A DNA stretch of 63,246 bases, counting the filler, from Atractiella rhizophila (Eukaryota): the NCBI GenBank assembly GCA_021432655.1. It is 5 parts of 5 records of this genome, joined end to end, with 100 filler letters (N's around TTAATTAATTAA, not from the genome) between each part and the next. Parts side by side here need not be neighbours in the genome. Positions count along the whole stretch, not along the records: positions 12,771 to 25,391 come from MU272002.1; positions 25,492 to 38,024 come from MU272003.1; 3 more parts are not named here. The stretch is one strand, 5' to 3'. The stretch's first letter is position 1, and every line of letters starts with the position of its first letter. Below are positions 24,854-37,500 of the stretch, in pieces. The notes under the pieces were generated by a model. The model was not told the DNA's origin. It ran no database searches and was given only the letters and a program-made list of their open reading frames with translations. The position numbers and the translations under genes were made by a program.

Positions 24854-24972
24854 GTCGCATTGCTATCAGTTACTGTAAGGCCACCAGAACAAACGAATCG
24901 AAGTGGCTTCCGAGGTTCTTTCAGGTGTTGCAAGGCACAACACGATCAGATGGTTGAGGAGTGATGATGACT

Positions 24973-25290
24973 ATGTCGGACGCGTGCGCGTTTCTGCCCA
25001 ACCAGCATTGTCTACTTCAACGACCTCTGCCCTCTGCCCTCGATCTATCCTGTGCGTCACAATTGTCAGGTACTTCACGCTGATGACAACAGCTCACAGA
25101 CAATGACTACACTCACCCCACCAGTCGCACACCTCAAGAGTGGAGAGGTCAACCTGGGTGTACGCATAAGCCTTTCGATCAAGTGAGGAGAGAAGTGATA
25201 AGGACGTTGTAGACCAGTATCATGGCTGTAGCTTACAATGGAGGTGTCGTTATTGGTGCTGATTCCAGGACTACGACGGGGTCATATATT
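24973..25290 (+). CDS. PRE3: 20S proteasome beta-1 subunit, 5' fragment (cut by scaffold end; start uncertain)
   Basis: Spliced [36 protein letters not shown], including the catalytic Thr. Not in the ORF track. Confidence 0.9.
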
Positions 25291-25391
25291 GTGAGTCGTC
25301 TGGTTGCACAATCTGTTCTGCTGGCGTTGGTTAGAAACATCGCTGTGTGCATGCAACTTTACCCATTTTTAAAGTTTATGTTGGTGTGAGC

Positions 25392-25491
25392 NNNNNNNNN
25401 NNNNNNNNNNNNNNNNNNNNNNNNNNNNNNNNNNNTTAATTAATTAANNNNNNNNNNNNNNNNNNNNNNNNNNNNNNNNNNNNNNNNNNNN
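25392..25491. other. Artificial scaffold linker
   Basis: N44-TTAATTAATTAA-N44. Confidence 0.97.
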
Positions 25492-28400
25492 CCTCTTCCA
25501 CTCCCGTTTTGTCTCTTCCTTGAAAGCTGCAATAAGTTCTTCCTGCTGTTTCAAGCTTTCCTGGACGCATTTGATATACCAATCCATGGCAGACATTTGC
25601 ATTTCGTCCTCCTTGGGTGGAGCGAAGGACGGTTGATCTGGTGGCGCTTCGTAAAGGGACGACGCAAGGTCAACTTTGAACGGTAGGATGTTCTTAGGGA
25701 AGACAGTAATGTTGACGCCGTCAGTCGACGGTGGTAGTTTCGTAATGGGCGAGTCAGTTTTCGTCTTCTTCACTGTGCTCTGTCCTGTTGGGGAAAAGAC
25801 GCCTTGCTTAAGGGGAGTGAGAGGTTCAGCCTCTGAATTAATGCCGCTTCTCAACTTGAGCTGCTTTCTGATAGTGCGCGGGTCATCTTCAGACTGAGTC
25901 GTGGAAGATGGCGGGTCAAAGCCTCGTCGCTTAGCTGATAGAACTTCGAAGCCGGTACTCGCAGTGGTAGCTTGAGTTGGCGGGGCAAATTTGGAGCCCT
26001 AGATACAGGAGTTAGGCAAAGCGAAGAAGATAGGATAGAATATACCTTCGAAGATTTTCGCTTCTGCTTCATCAAGACTTTGGCGACGTCGACATTCTCT
26101 TGGCTCTGAATCATATTTTAGCAAGAGAAGGAAGTGCAATACCGGAACGAACCGATGACACCTCATCCTCTGACAGGTCTAGGTCCCATTGTGGCGCTAC
26201 ATGTTTGATGGTAGAGTTGGTGGTTGTGAATTCCTTTTTCGAGTTCTGTTTTGCTTGCTAGACCGGATTTCAGACAGCTTTTCCCGTAAGATCAACAAGA
26301 CACTCACAGTTGCGGCATTCTCAAGCTCAGACCGCTTCATTTTTGGTCCCTTTGATACTTCGTCCTCCATCTCCATATCACCGGTAGCCTGCTCTCGCTG
26401 TCAGCGCATAACAAATAGAGAGAGGATCAGGTACTGAGGCTTGATCTAGATCGGAGTCAACAGGCATGTCTGATATTACATCGGTGGTATGACGGTGAGG
26501 AGCATGTGGCATTGTTCGAGCGACCTGTCATTTACATTCAGTTAAGTTAAAATGAGGATCGAACGACGTACATTGGAAGCCTGCCTATTTCGCGCTTTGG
26601 TCGTGCGCTCTGGAGGAGCAGAAGCGTCGCTAGCCTCAGCAAGCGCCTTACTCCTTGTCGTCCGCTCTGGGACAACGGAAGCATCCGACATCTCCCTCTC
26701 TACCTGAGCCTTGCTCCTCGTCTGCCTCATCGGCCGCTCATCCTTCGTATCCAGCTCGCTTTCCGTGACAGAGGACATCGCTGTATGTTCTGCGGACACG
26801 GCAAGTTGAGCTGCTTTCTTGCTCCTCGTTTTCTTCTGCGGAACAGCCTCCTCCTCCGTCTCAGCCACGCTATCAGGGAGGACGTTCAGACGTGATTCCT
26901 TTTTGGTCTTCCCCTTCGTGATGGGATGAACGGCAGATGTGTCCGAATCGACGTCTCTGGCGCGGGTGGATCGAGTTTGTCGCGTCGGTGGTTCATCAAA
27001 GTCACTTGCTGGGGCCGGTTGGGCTTTTTTCTTCCCTTTCTGCTTCACAGGAACTTGAACGGGGACTGATGCCATCTCTTCATCCTGTTCTTCCCTAGCG
27101 AGGACCACTTTCTTCCCCTTTGTTGAAGCCTTGGTGATGCCAGTCGGCCGCACTTCCTCTTCTTCCTCCGTCGGAGCACGATCAGCTGGTTTAGAAGACT
27201 TCCTTACAGACCGTTTAACCACGACAACTTCCTGTTCCTCGCTTTCATCTGAGACATCCAGCGCGAAAACTCCTCACACCTACTCTTTCCCTCCTTCTTC
27301 TCCTTGCTTCTCTACGAAGGTTCTTCAGCTTTATACTAATACACGTCCCTCTCCTGCAAGCTTCCACGTACCTCGTACTGTACCAGTTCCCCAGTCTTTA
27401 CTAAACACGCTGTGTCCACGCAAAGGAATGTAACAAACGCATTTCACCACCGAATTCCCATACAACGCTGGCCTTCTACCGTCGCCGACCCAAAATAAAA
27501 TTAGGAGAACTCTTTCCCCTACTGTGTCGAAGTACGGAAAAAACGCTCCGACGTGAACCTCCTACCCTCGGTAGTCTGCTGGGAAACCTTCTCGTGGCGG
27601 CGGCAAAGGGGTTGACAATGAAGAAGTGTAGAGGCAGGGGAAGAAGTCGGTGCCAGCAATGAAGTTTCGGCTTCGGAGGAAGCTTTGTCCGTTTGTTAGA
27701 GCTAAGGCGGCAGAGAGCGCTGAGAGAGCGTGGACGCTTTCGTTGCGCGTGTGCTTTCTTTCACCGCGGACTCGGTTGTCTTCTCCTCCTCCTTCTAAGC
27801 GAACGAAACCGAGGGGGAGGAGGGCGCTTTCGTTTTCGCAGTTTGGGCGCGCTTTGTTTCAGTGAGGGCATGGCTGACTACTACTCGAAGCTGGGGGGTG
27901 GAGGTGGTGGCTTTTGACGCCCCTCTTTCTTCCGCGGTGGCGAGAGAGGAGGAGGTGTTTTGCCTACTTCTCCGAATGCTGCTGCCATGACTTTACTCTT
28001 GCCTTGTTGGAGTTGGCGGCGTCTTCTGCTCCTCTGTCTGAGCCCGTTGGCGAAGACCACGACACCTTCTTTTCGTCCTTTCACGCCAACAACAATTCTT
28101 TCCTTGGTTCTTCTGCTTACGTCGCTAGTGGCTTCTCCTGCTCCGTGTTCTGCACGACGGTAACGGACGAGTCGGTTTTTTCGCCCGGTGGTCTCGTTTC
28201 TCTTCGTGACAGCAAGGTGGAGTTGTTCTATGGCTACCTCTTGTCCCGGAGCAAGGGCGATAAAGAGCGCAAGGCAAGCGTTGGGGCGGCTTTCGCTTTC
28301 GCTTCTTCTTCTGTCGTTAACTTTGTGTCATGCTTCTATACCTCCACCGGCACTTCCTGATACTACCTCTACCTCTAGTCCTCCTGAACCCACGGAGCTG

Positions 28401-28774
28401 TTCCCACTGCTCTTCGTCTTTCTCGAGGTACTCAAGCTTCTCGCCGGTACTACTACGGGTTAGCTCTAGTTCCTCGAACCGCCGGAGGAGAAGCTTTTTC
28501 TCGTCTTTTAGAAGAAGTTTTGCCTTGCCTCAGGACTGCCTGATGCTCTGTCTGAAACTCCTTCTCTAGTCTTTCGGTTCCTCAGCCTTCAGCAGACAGC
28601 GAAGCTTCGTGTCGTCTGTTTCGAGCAACGGGAGTAGCTTTTTCTTCGGATGGCAGCTACTACCACACCTTCTCCTCTCCCTCCTTCTTAAGTTCTTCTT
28701 CGGGCAGTCAGCGTTCAGCAGGCAACGAAGCTTCTTCTCCGTTTCATTAGAGGGCAGTAGTAGCTCCTTCTTCC
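25492..28774 (-). CDS. BIR1: Bir1/survivin-like chromosomal passenger protein; 27264-28774 is written in mirror orientation; both ends missing
   Basis: C-terminal helix QMSAMDWYIKCVQESLKQQEELIAAFKEE; long K/R/E/S/P low-complexity linker. The unreversed complement of 27474-27626 translates to a BIR domain: KMAAAGFYFNPLEKGDDTASCLFCEAALGGWEPSDDPLEEHRRRFPNCYFF. Confidence 0.85.
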
Positions 28775-29376
28775 NNNNNNNNNNNNNNNNNNNNNNNNNN
28801 NNNNNNNNNNNNNNNNNNNNNNNNNNNNNNNNNNNNNNNNNNNNNNNNNNNNNNNNNNNNNNNNNNNNNNNNNNNNNNNNNNNNNNNNNNNNNNNNNNNN
28901 NNNNNNNNNNNNNNNNNNNNNNNNNNNNNNNNNNNNNNNNNNNNNNNNNNNNNNNNNNNNNNNNNNNNNNNNNNNNNNNNNNNNNNNNNNNNNNNNNNNN
29001 NNNNNNNNNNNNNNNNNNNNNNNNNNNNNNNNNNNNNNNNNNNNNNNNNNNNNNNNNNNNNNNNNNNNNNNNNNNNNNNNNNNNNNNNNNNNNNNNNNNN
29101 NNNNNNNNNNNNNNNNNNNNNNNNNNNNNNNNNNNNNNNNNNNNNNNNNNNNNNNNNNNNNNNNNNNNNNNNNNNNNNNNNNNNNNNNNNNNNNNNNNNN
29201 NNNNNNNNNNNNNNNNNNNNNNNNNNNNNNNNNNNNNNNNNNNNNNNNNNNNNNNNNNNNNNNNNNNNNNNNNNNNNNNNNNNNNNNNNNNNNNNNNNNN
29301 NNNNNNNNNNNNNNNNNNNNNNNNNNNNNNNNNNNNNNNNNNTGCGGGTTGGAATTGTGTTTGTCTGGTTGCGCAG

Positions 29377-29510
29377 GTCGAGCATGGCCGGTTTGGATAT
29401 CGACAGGTTTTGGAGCTGGAAGCGCGTATTCGGATTGCAACAGGCTTTTCAATCCTGCTGCTATTCCTGGGTACAAGATTGTTGGACAGGAGGAAAAGAA
29501 ACCGTTATAG
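29377..29510 (+). CDS. MIC10: MICOS subunit Mic10, last exon (5' part in the gap)
   Basis: After a CAG acceptor: RAWPVWISTGFGAGSAYSDCNRLFNPAAIPGYKIVGQEEKKPL* with the GxGxG motif. Frame not in the ORF track. Confidence 0.85.
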
Positions 29511-31743
29511 TCTGGTGTTACATTTGGTATCGCTCATTTATCTCAAAATGTGCATTTTGCAGCACAGTTGACGTTGCAGGCAATTAGATTTTTGTTCTTG
29601 CTATCGACATGAGGTCACTTCTCTACCATGCGCGAGACATTTTGACTTGCTCATACACCTTTTTTCTCTTGCTGTTCATCACTTATGCTTGAGCTCTCAT
29701 TTTTACCAATGTGCAGGTCAAATAGCGCCTGCGATGCTTGTTGCGTCTAGGCAATTTCGTGGCGAATGCACGGAGAATGGAAAATTGCGAGAGCATCTCC
29801 TAGCTTTCCGCCAATTATCCAGGATTATCACGGTCACTTTGACCAAGTTATTTGGTGTATCGACTGTGAACAGATGCACTGAGGTCCTTGTTTAATAACT
29901 ACCATCGTAGCGGTGCCTTTGAGAATGATTTTGGGTTCCATACATTATAATTTTGCCCACCGAAACCGTCGTCGCAGTTCCTGCAATAGTTTTGTGTTCT
30001 ATTTCTTGTAATCTGCCTCGAAATTACCTCCGAAACCTCACCCAAATACACGAAATAAACGTGAAGCGTATTAAGCAGGTTGATCGTTTTCTTTTTGAAA
30101 TGAAAGGGGACCGAAGAAGGAGCCATGGAGTGAGAAGGAAACGAGGTCAATGCAGAGGAGACTTCACGCCACCGCGATATCCGGGAGTCTCTTGGGACAT
30201 CTCTGGCACTTGATTCCTACAATCTAGTGCAGCTTGACGAATTATTAGGAATTTATTACTTGCTCTCCACTAGCGTCCCAAAATTAATTTGCAGTAAGCG
30301 GGCCATGTGAGCCGCTGTGCTAAACATGGACAAACAAAGCACAGCCACTGCTGTTCTGCTCTTGGGATTGGATTGGAGCAGGGATTGGAGGAGCAATTTC
30401 GTAGACGGACCCAATTTTTCAAGTCCCAAAGCCATGGTTATGCGCCGCNNNNNNNNNNNNNNNNNNNNNNNNNNNNNNNNNNNNNNNNNNNNNNNNNNNN
30501 NNNNNNNNNNNNNNNNNNNNNNNNNNNNNNNNNNNNNNNNNNNNNNNNNNNNNNNNNNNNNNNNNNNNNNNNNNNNNNNNNNNNNNNNNNNNNNNNNNNN
30601 NNNNNNNNNNNNNNNNNNNNNNNNNNNNNNNNNNNNNNNNNNNNNNNNNNNNNNNNNNNNNNNNNNNNNNNNNNNNNNNNNNNNNNNNNNNNNNNNNNNN
30701 NNNNNNNNNNNNNNNNNNNNNNNNNNNNNNNNNNNNNNNNNNNNNNNNNNNNNNNNNNNNNNNNNNNNNNNNNNNNNNNNNNNNNNNNNNNNNNNNNNNN
30801 NNNNNNNNNNNNNNNNNNNNNNNNNNNNNNNNNNNNNNNNNNNNNNNNNNNNNNNNNNNNNNNNNNNNNNNNNNNNNNNNNNNNNNNNNNNNNNNNNNNN
30901 NNNNNNNNNNNNNNNNNNNNNNNNNNNNNNNNNNNNNNNNNNNNNNNNNNNNNNNNNNNNNNNNNNNNNNNNNNNNNNNNNNNNNNNNNNNNNNNNNNNN
31001 NNNNNNNNNNNNNNNNNNNNNNNNNNNNNNNNNNNNNNNNNNNNNNNNNNNNNNNNNNNNNNNNNNNNNNNNNNNNNNNNNNNNNNNNNNNNNNNNNNNN
31101 NNNNNNNNNNNNNNNNNNNNNNNNNNNNNNNNNNNNNNNNNNNNNNNNNNNNNNNNNNNNNNNNNNNNNNNNNNNNNNNNNNNNNNNNNNNNNNNNNNNN
31201 NNNNNNNNNNNNNNNNNNNNNNNNNNNNNNNNNNNNNNNNNNNNNNNNNNNNNNNNNNNNNNNNNNNNNNNNNNNNNNNNNNNNNNNNNNNNNNNNNNNN
31301 NNNNNNNNNNNNNNNNNNNNNNNNNNNNNNNNNNNNNNNNNNNNNNNNNNNNNNNAATCAGGAATCTCGAGCCTTACCAACAGTTCAAGGGTTTATTGGC
31401 AAACAAATAGGGTTTATGTGGTTTATGATATGTGTTGCCTATAAAATTCCAAGATCCATCCTGTATTTACTTATCTAGGCCAACAGTCATGACTGTGTTG
31501 GGGGTTGTTGTGTCAAGTGAGCTTTCTCGTTGTCGTACACCTTCGTTCGGCACTTCCTTCAAGTTAAGCTTCCTTACACTCCCGATGCCGTTCAGGTGTC
31601 ACTCGTGGCCTATCCTCATCTGCGCGAGACTTCCGTGTCGTGTCGGCAACCAACCCACCACCGAAACAGCAACGCGACGACTAAAGGCAGAGTGGACGCG
31701 CTTTGTGGGCAATAGTCTGGCACTCCGGCATATGTTTGGGTAG

Positions 31744-32308
31744 GCTCCGCGATTGTACCAGCAAATATATAACGTGCTTGAGCCTGTAAGCTTCACTCTC
31801 ACCACACCTGAAGAATTTGAATCATTGACCTTCTCCATACCAAAGCATCACTGCAAAAGAATGTTTCGCCCCCTGACGCAGTCCGTTTTCCAAGGCTCTT
31901 TTCGCTCACATGGCCCTTTGAACCGGCGACACTTCACGTCGGAAGGAATGCCAACAAATAAAAAGGGTGCGCCAACTTTTTTCCAGCCGCGTGGAACGGA
32001 GCTGATTTGGAAGACAAGGATTTCTTGGATTCAAGATACCGAGATGGCTAGCCTGGACTATAGCGATTGCAGGAACGATTGAATCAGGTTAGACATTTCG
32101 TTGTGTCATGAGAGTATGTTACTGATCCACCGGAGTAGCCTTCTGTAAGCAGTAAAGTTTTAACATGCCCCCTCCATCTGATTTTGGTTATTGGATCCCC
32201 TACATAGGGCTTAAAGTCTATCTCATGAAGCAAGGATCGGATGAGAGGAAGCGGTTAGAAAACGAAGGCGCAATGCAGGGCACTACCGGTGCAGGAGATC
32301 CAAAGTGA
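31744..32308 (+). CDS. Hypothetical protein, 3' exons
   Basis: 109-aa ORF after a TAG acceptor, then an intron-like break and an exon ending GTTGAGDPK*. No recognised motif. Confidence 0.35.
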
Positions 32309-32814
32309 CATGCTATTGCTCGACCTGGACGATTATTAGGAAGACTAATTAGTAGAAAGTCTCTTAACAGTCCGTCCTCCAATTAACATACATATTTTCC
32401 TGGTCGCGTACCTTTCGCATCCACTGTCTTTCGGACGATTATCACCTTTCTGAGCTTTATACCGCGTGAATTTTGGTGTTTAGATCTGCCATTTGCTGCC
32501 GTCTTGTCATCATTGGTGTTGGTGTTTGCCTAGGAAAGGTTTCACACAAAACAACCCTACATCATTAGAAAAAGGTTTCCTGCATCGGCATCATTGCTAG
32601 TTAACACATGGCATCTCAAGTTTTATTTAAGCAGCACTCACTACAGGCGTTACGGTCTTTAGGCACCTTTTTGATACTTCTGGCTTTAGAAACGAGCGAG
32701 CCTTGCTCCACATGAGGTTGCTCAATGCCGTACGGTCAAATAAAAGACGGCGCGAGAGTGAGACCGACGCAAACTGCACAGTTCACGTCTATTCGCCCTT
32801 CTAACTTCTGAGGC

Positions 32815-34395
32815 ATGTTGTTTTCTCTGACGACTGTGTTTGTCGCTTCTCTCGCGACTGGTGCTCTAAGCAAGCCCGTTCAGAGCTATAAACCGGAATC
32901 ATGCAACTCTGTAAGCCAGTTTATATTAAAGGTTTACATTACATTGTCACGGGACGCTGATGATGGGTGAACGTGTGTGTATCAGTTCTACTTTGACATC
33001 GAAGCCACATATGAACGCCTCAACTTCAATTTCACTCTCCCTACCACGAAAGTAGAGATACAAGCGCTTGTTGGCGGAATCTTTGCTGGAACCATCAATC
33101 CTGTCTCGGTATGAACATTTTATAGAGGGGTTGAAGCGTTTGAACCATTTGAACTTGGACAGGGATCCGAGAACGTAACCGATACGTACAGACATTTCGG
33201 GAAACTCTGTTATCCTCCCAGCCATGTCAAATCGAAACACCCGAATGCAATTCAAGTGTTGGTTCATGCAGGTTGGGAAGTGGAAGCTGAGTATGAAGTG
33301 TCATATCAGCCGGAGAAATACAACTATATCGACTATGCCACATCTCAAGGTAAGCTCATTGGAGAATGAGCATGAGGAGCTAATTTCATGATCGAAGGGT
33401 ACACCGTTTTTGCTTACGATCGATTGGGCCTTGGGAAGAGCGAGAAAATCGATGGAAGAAATATTCAACTGGCGCTAAATGTCGAGATTGTCCGACAAAT
33501 CATCACCAAATTAAGGAGTGGAACTTTTGGCCATGGACAACGCTGCAAATATGACCAGGTGAGTACCCATATCTAGAGACCAAAGGAAAGAATGCGACCA
33601 AATGCATACCCAACTTTTCACACACAGGTAGCACTCATGGGTCATTCAGCTGGATCAGCCATTGTGAATAGTGTCCTCGCGCACAGTCCTGAACTCATAG
33701 ACGCGGCAATCATGCTCGGTAAGCGATCACTATGATATTTAGGAGAGGTACTGACAATAAGATAGGTTATGGACACAACGTGAACCCAGACTTCATTACC
33801 GCCGCAGATATTGACGTGCCTTCTCGTAAGTCACGCCGACGTGATTCGAAGGCAGAGCTGAGAAAACTGATGCAGTTGCATCACCTCCGCTCAACTATCC
33901 TGCTTCTTTCGTTGCGATTTCGGGTATCGACGCCAAATTGGCTGCCTTCTACGCAAAGGAAGGGACATACGATCCCAAGGTCGCTAAGTTGACGTTCGAT
34001 ATTCCTGCACCTGCCGGCCTGGGAGAACTCATCACTCTTCTCCAAGGACAAGTAGTCGCAGAGAACTACAAAGGACATGCTGCTATCTTGATTGGGTATG
34101 CGCTTCGTTCTCTTGAGGAAAGGAAAAGCTCACTGCTGCCGGAACAGGGCTAATGACCTGGCATTTTGTCCTAATGGTTTCTGTGACGGGTTAGTGGTCA
34201 CCATTCGCCCCCTTTGAGCTATTCTGAATACGCCTGTACAGTGACGACAGTCTGGCTGGAGAGGCCGCTTACTTTCCCGCCGTCGCTTCCTTCAAAGTCA
34301 AAACGTTCAACAATACCGGACATGGCATTTTGAATCATTATTCATCGAAGGAAGTCCAGAAAGCTATCATCCAGTACTTTGACGGCGTTTTGTAG
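32815..34395 (+). CDS. Secreted alpha/beta hydrolase (many short exons)
   Basis: Signal peptide MLFSLTTVFVASLATGALS; YTVFAYDRLGLGKS; nucleophile elbow GHSAGS; C-terminal TGHGILNH. Confidence 0.8.
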
Positions 34396-36896
34396 ACTCC
34401 GTTAGTCAATATAAGGGTTTGAAAAGGTATCCCTAATGTTAGTTACATTTGAAGTAATACCGCGTGAGACGGTGAACTGCTCTGGGGATTTGAGGGATCG
34501 TTCCATCATAAAATACCAACAGGACGTTGAGAGGTTTGATTCCGAGTTCGAAATTAGGCGGGAGTATAAAACATAAAATACAGGACCCATGCTTCATCAT
34601 TACTCCTCCTTCTTCACCTTCTTCTTCCTGTCGGGACATTCAGATCTGCGCATGCGTGTCCCTAGAATTGCCTGCAAACACTCTTAAGACAGCCCAATGG
34701 AGAACACGGGGAAGGATACTGACGTCCCAATGAGTGAACCATGGTTGGGCAAAATTCTTCTTGATTCCGAAAGTCTGATGGTGGATATCATGATAGTCCG
34801 CATTGTTTCCACACATTAATTGGAAGGGGTCGAAAGGCAAAGCGTAGCCGCAATGATCGTCCACGGTTTTGGCGGTGCAAATACCAAAGAGGACGACAGC
34901 TTGACGGACGGACATGAATGACAATTGGTGAGCGACGACTCCTCCCAGACTGTCAAACAGGAAACCTTCGAGAGGATGATTGTACAAGGCCCCATAAGAG
35001 TAAGGAACGTAGAGGCGATGGTGCCAGGAATGAATGTGGCGATAAAGAAACTTGTTGGTGTGAAAGTATCGATGTAGAAAGTATTGCCATGTGTCCAAAA
35101 CAAAGCTAAATGTGTTGAGTTCAGCACCGAGAGACAAATGGCAAGGTTACAACTCACAATGCCCAAAGATATTGCGCAACTGGTACTCCCCACCAATACG
35201 TCCACCAGGTCAGGTTCTCTCCCTGACTGGTCCAAACGGATTTTGCAGTCCCTTCACCTAAAAGAGCGAACACAATGCGGCTGATCCACTTCGAATATGT
35301 GCTCATCTCGGCTGCATGGTTACGCGCTAACGCCTCCTCGTCGATGTACCACAGCCCGAGCATGGTCTGGAATACTTGCTGGAGCAGGACAGCTTTGACT
35401 ACTCCCCAACGTGTGACCGTATTTCGAGACTTGACTTCTTCGGACTCGTGAATCCTGTACTTCTCAAAGAAAGGCAGTTCAAGGGCGTCAATGACTGAAA
35501 ATATCCCTGAAACGAAAAATGCCGGAACAGGGCTAATGACCTGGCATTTTGTCCTAATGGTTTCTGTGACGGGTCAGTGGTCACCATTCGCCCCTTTGAG
35601 CTATTCTGAATACGCCTGTACAGTGACGACAGTCTGGCTGGAGAGGCCGCTTACTTTCCCGCCGTCGCTTCCTTCAAAGTCAAAACGTTCAACAATACCG
35701 GACATGGCATTTTGAATCATTATTCATCGAAGGAAGTCCAGAAAGCTATCATCCAGTACTTTGACGGCGTTTTGTAGACTCCGTTAGTCAATATAAGGGT
35801 TTGAAAAGGTATCCCTAATGTTATTTACATTTGAAGTAGTACGGGGTGAGACGGTGATCTGCGCCGGGGATGTGACGAATCGTTCCGTCATAAAATACCA
35901 ACAGGCCGTTGAGAGGTTTGATTCCGAGTTCGAAATTAGGCGGGTGTATAAAACATAAAATACAGGACCCATGTTTCATCATTACTCCTCCTTCTTCACC
36001 TTCTTCTTCCTGTCGGGACATTCAGATCTGCGCATGCGTGTCCCTAGAATTGCCTGCAAACACTCTTAAGACAGCTCAATGGAGAACACGAGGAAGGATA
36101 CTGACGTCCCAATGAGTGAACCATGGTTGGGCAAAATTCTTCTTGATTCCAAAAGTCTGATGGTGGATATCATGATAGTCCGCATTGTTTCCACACATTA
36201 ATTGGAAGGGGTCGAAGGGCAAAGCGTAGCCGCAATGATCGTCCACGGTTTTGGCGGTGCAAATGCCAAAGAGGACGACAGCTTGACGGACGGACATGAA
36301 TGACAATTGGTGAGCGACGACTCCTCCCAGACTGTCAAAGAGGAAACCTTCGAGAGGATGATTGTACAGGGCCCCATAAGAGTAAGGAACGTAGAGGCGA
36401 TGGTGCCAGGAATGAATGTGGCGATAAAGAAACTTGTTGGTGTGGAAGTATCGATGTAGAAAGTATTGCCATGTGTCCAAAACAAAGCTAAATGTTTTGA
36501 GTTCAGCACCGAGAGACAAATGGCAAGGTTACAACTCACAATGCCCAAAGATATTGCGCAACTGGTACTCCCCACCAATATGTCCACCAGGTCAAGTTCT
36601 CTCCTTGACTGATCCAAACGGATTTTGCAGTCCCTTCACCTAGAAGAGCAAAGACAATGCGACTGATCCACTTCGAATATGTGCTCATCTCGGCTGCATG
36701 GTTACGCGCTAACGCCTCCTCGTCGATGTACCACAGCCCGAGCATGGTCTGGAATACTTGCTGGAGCAGGACAGCTTTGACTACTCCCCAACGTGTGACC
36801 GTATTTCGAGACTTGACTTCTTCGGACTCGTGAATCCTGTACTTCTCAAAGAAAGGCAGTTCAAGGGCGTCAATGATTGAAAATATCCCTGAAACG
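34137..36896. repeat. Tandem ~1.38-kb duplication (34137-35514 and 35520-36896) of the hydrolase 3' end and SUR2 3' part
   Basis: Direct alignment at offset 1382-1383 with scattered substitutions. Confidence 0.95.
34600..35514 (-). pseudogene. SUR2: 5'-truncated second copy or allele of SUR2
   Basis: Near-identical to 35982-36896; lacks the first ~65 codons. Confidence 0.8.
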
Positions 36897-37090
36897 ATCC
36901 AGTAGGCAACAAATGGCGATATCACAGACATGTACTCGTCCGGGATTCCTGGTATGAGGGAAGGACGCTGGATATGATAGGAAGGATAGACCATCTCGGA
37001 GTTCGAGAAGACGAGCTCGTGCGTCGAGATATTCGAATAAGGCAGAACGCCTGGCATGGCACTTTTGAAGTCGACCGTAGCTTTTGACAT
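35982..37090 (-). CDS. SUR2: Sphinganine C4-hydroxylase
   Basis: DTWQYFLHR, HSWHHRLYVPYSYGALYNHPLEGF, KTVDDHCGY, YHDIHHQ (His boxes); ends KKVKKEE*. Confidence 0.95.
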
Positions 37091-37500
37091 TGACAATAAA
37101 ATCCTGGTGTCTTGAAAGAAGGGAGCGAGGTGAAATGAGTGCCAGTCTTCGGTGGCAAGACTTTGGATTGGTGTTCCCCTTCGCTCCCCGTTCGGACGTC
37201 GGCGGGTACAAACTCATGTGCTTCACATGACCAATTTCAATCTCAATCCAGAGAAGCAGCATCGACCATCTCCAGAGTGTCCTTTTCTTAACGATTAACG
37301 AACGACTATCCAGTTTCCCGACTGAAAATCCCACCCGAGGTCCTTTCTTTCGAGTCAAGCAAGGTCCGACCCCTATTGCGCGACTTTCACCGCTCTCTCC
37401 TCGTAATTTCTTTCAGCGACGACTTATAACGACACTTCTTCTTGCGGCTACATTCAAACAAAAATCCCACCTTCCGAACTCAGCAATTCACAAGTTCAGT

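Noticed and set aside
24961..25083. C/D snoRNA (GTGATGA ... CTGA)
   Set aside because: It overlaps the probable PRE3 first exon and intron; the CTGA fits the branch site and there is no terminal stem.
27650..28569. Short Ser/Phe/Leu-rich plus-strand ORFs
   Set aside because: They are by-products of the mirrored BIR1 coding sequence.
30362..30390. GGGATTGGATTGG, a mirrored telomere-like TTAGGG tract
   Set aside because: Only 2-3 imperfect units; compatible with chance.
28609..31444. Long ORFs of 212-375 aa in the ORF track
   Set aside because: They consist mostly of N runs.
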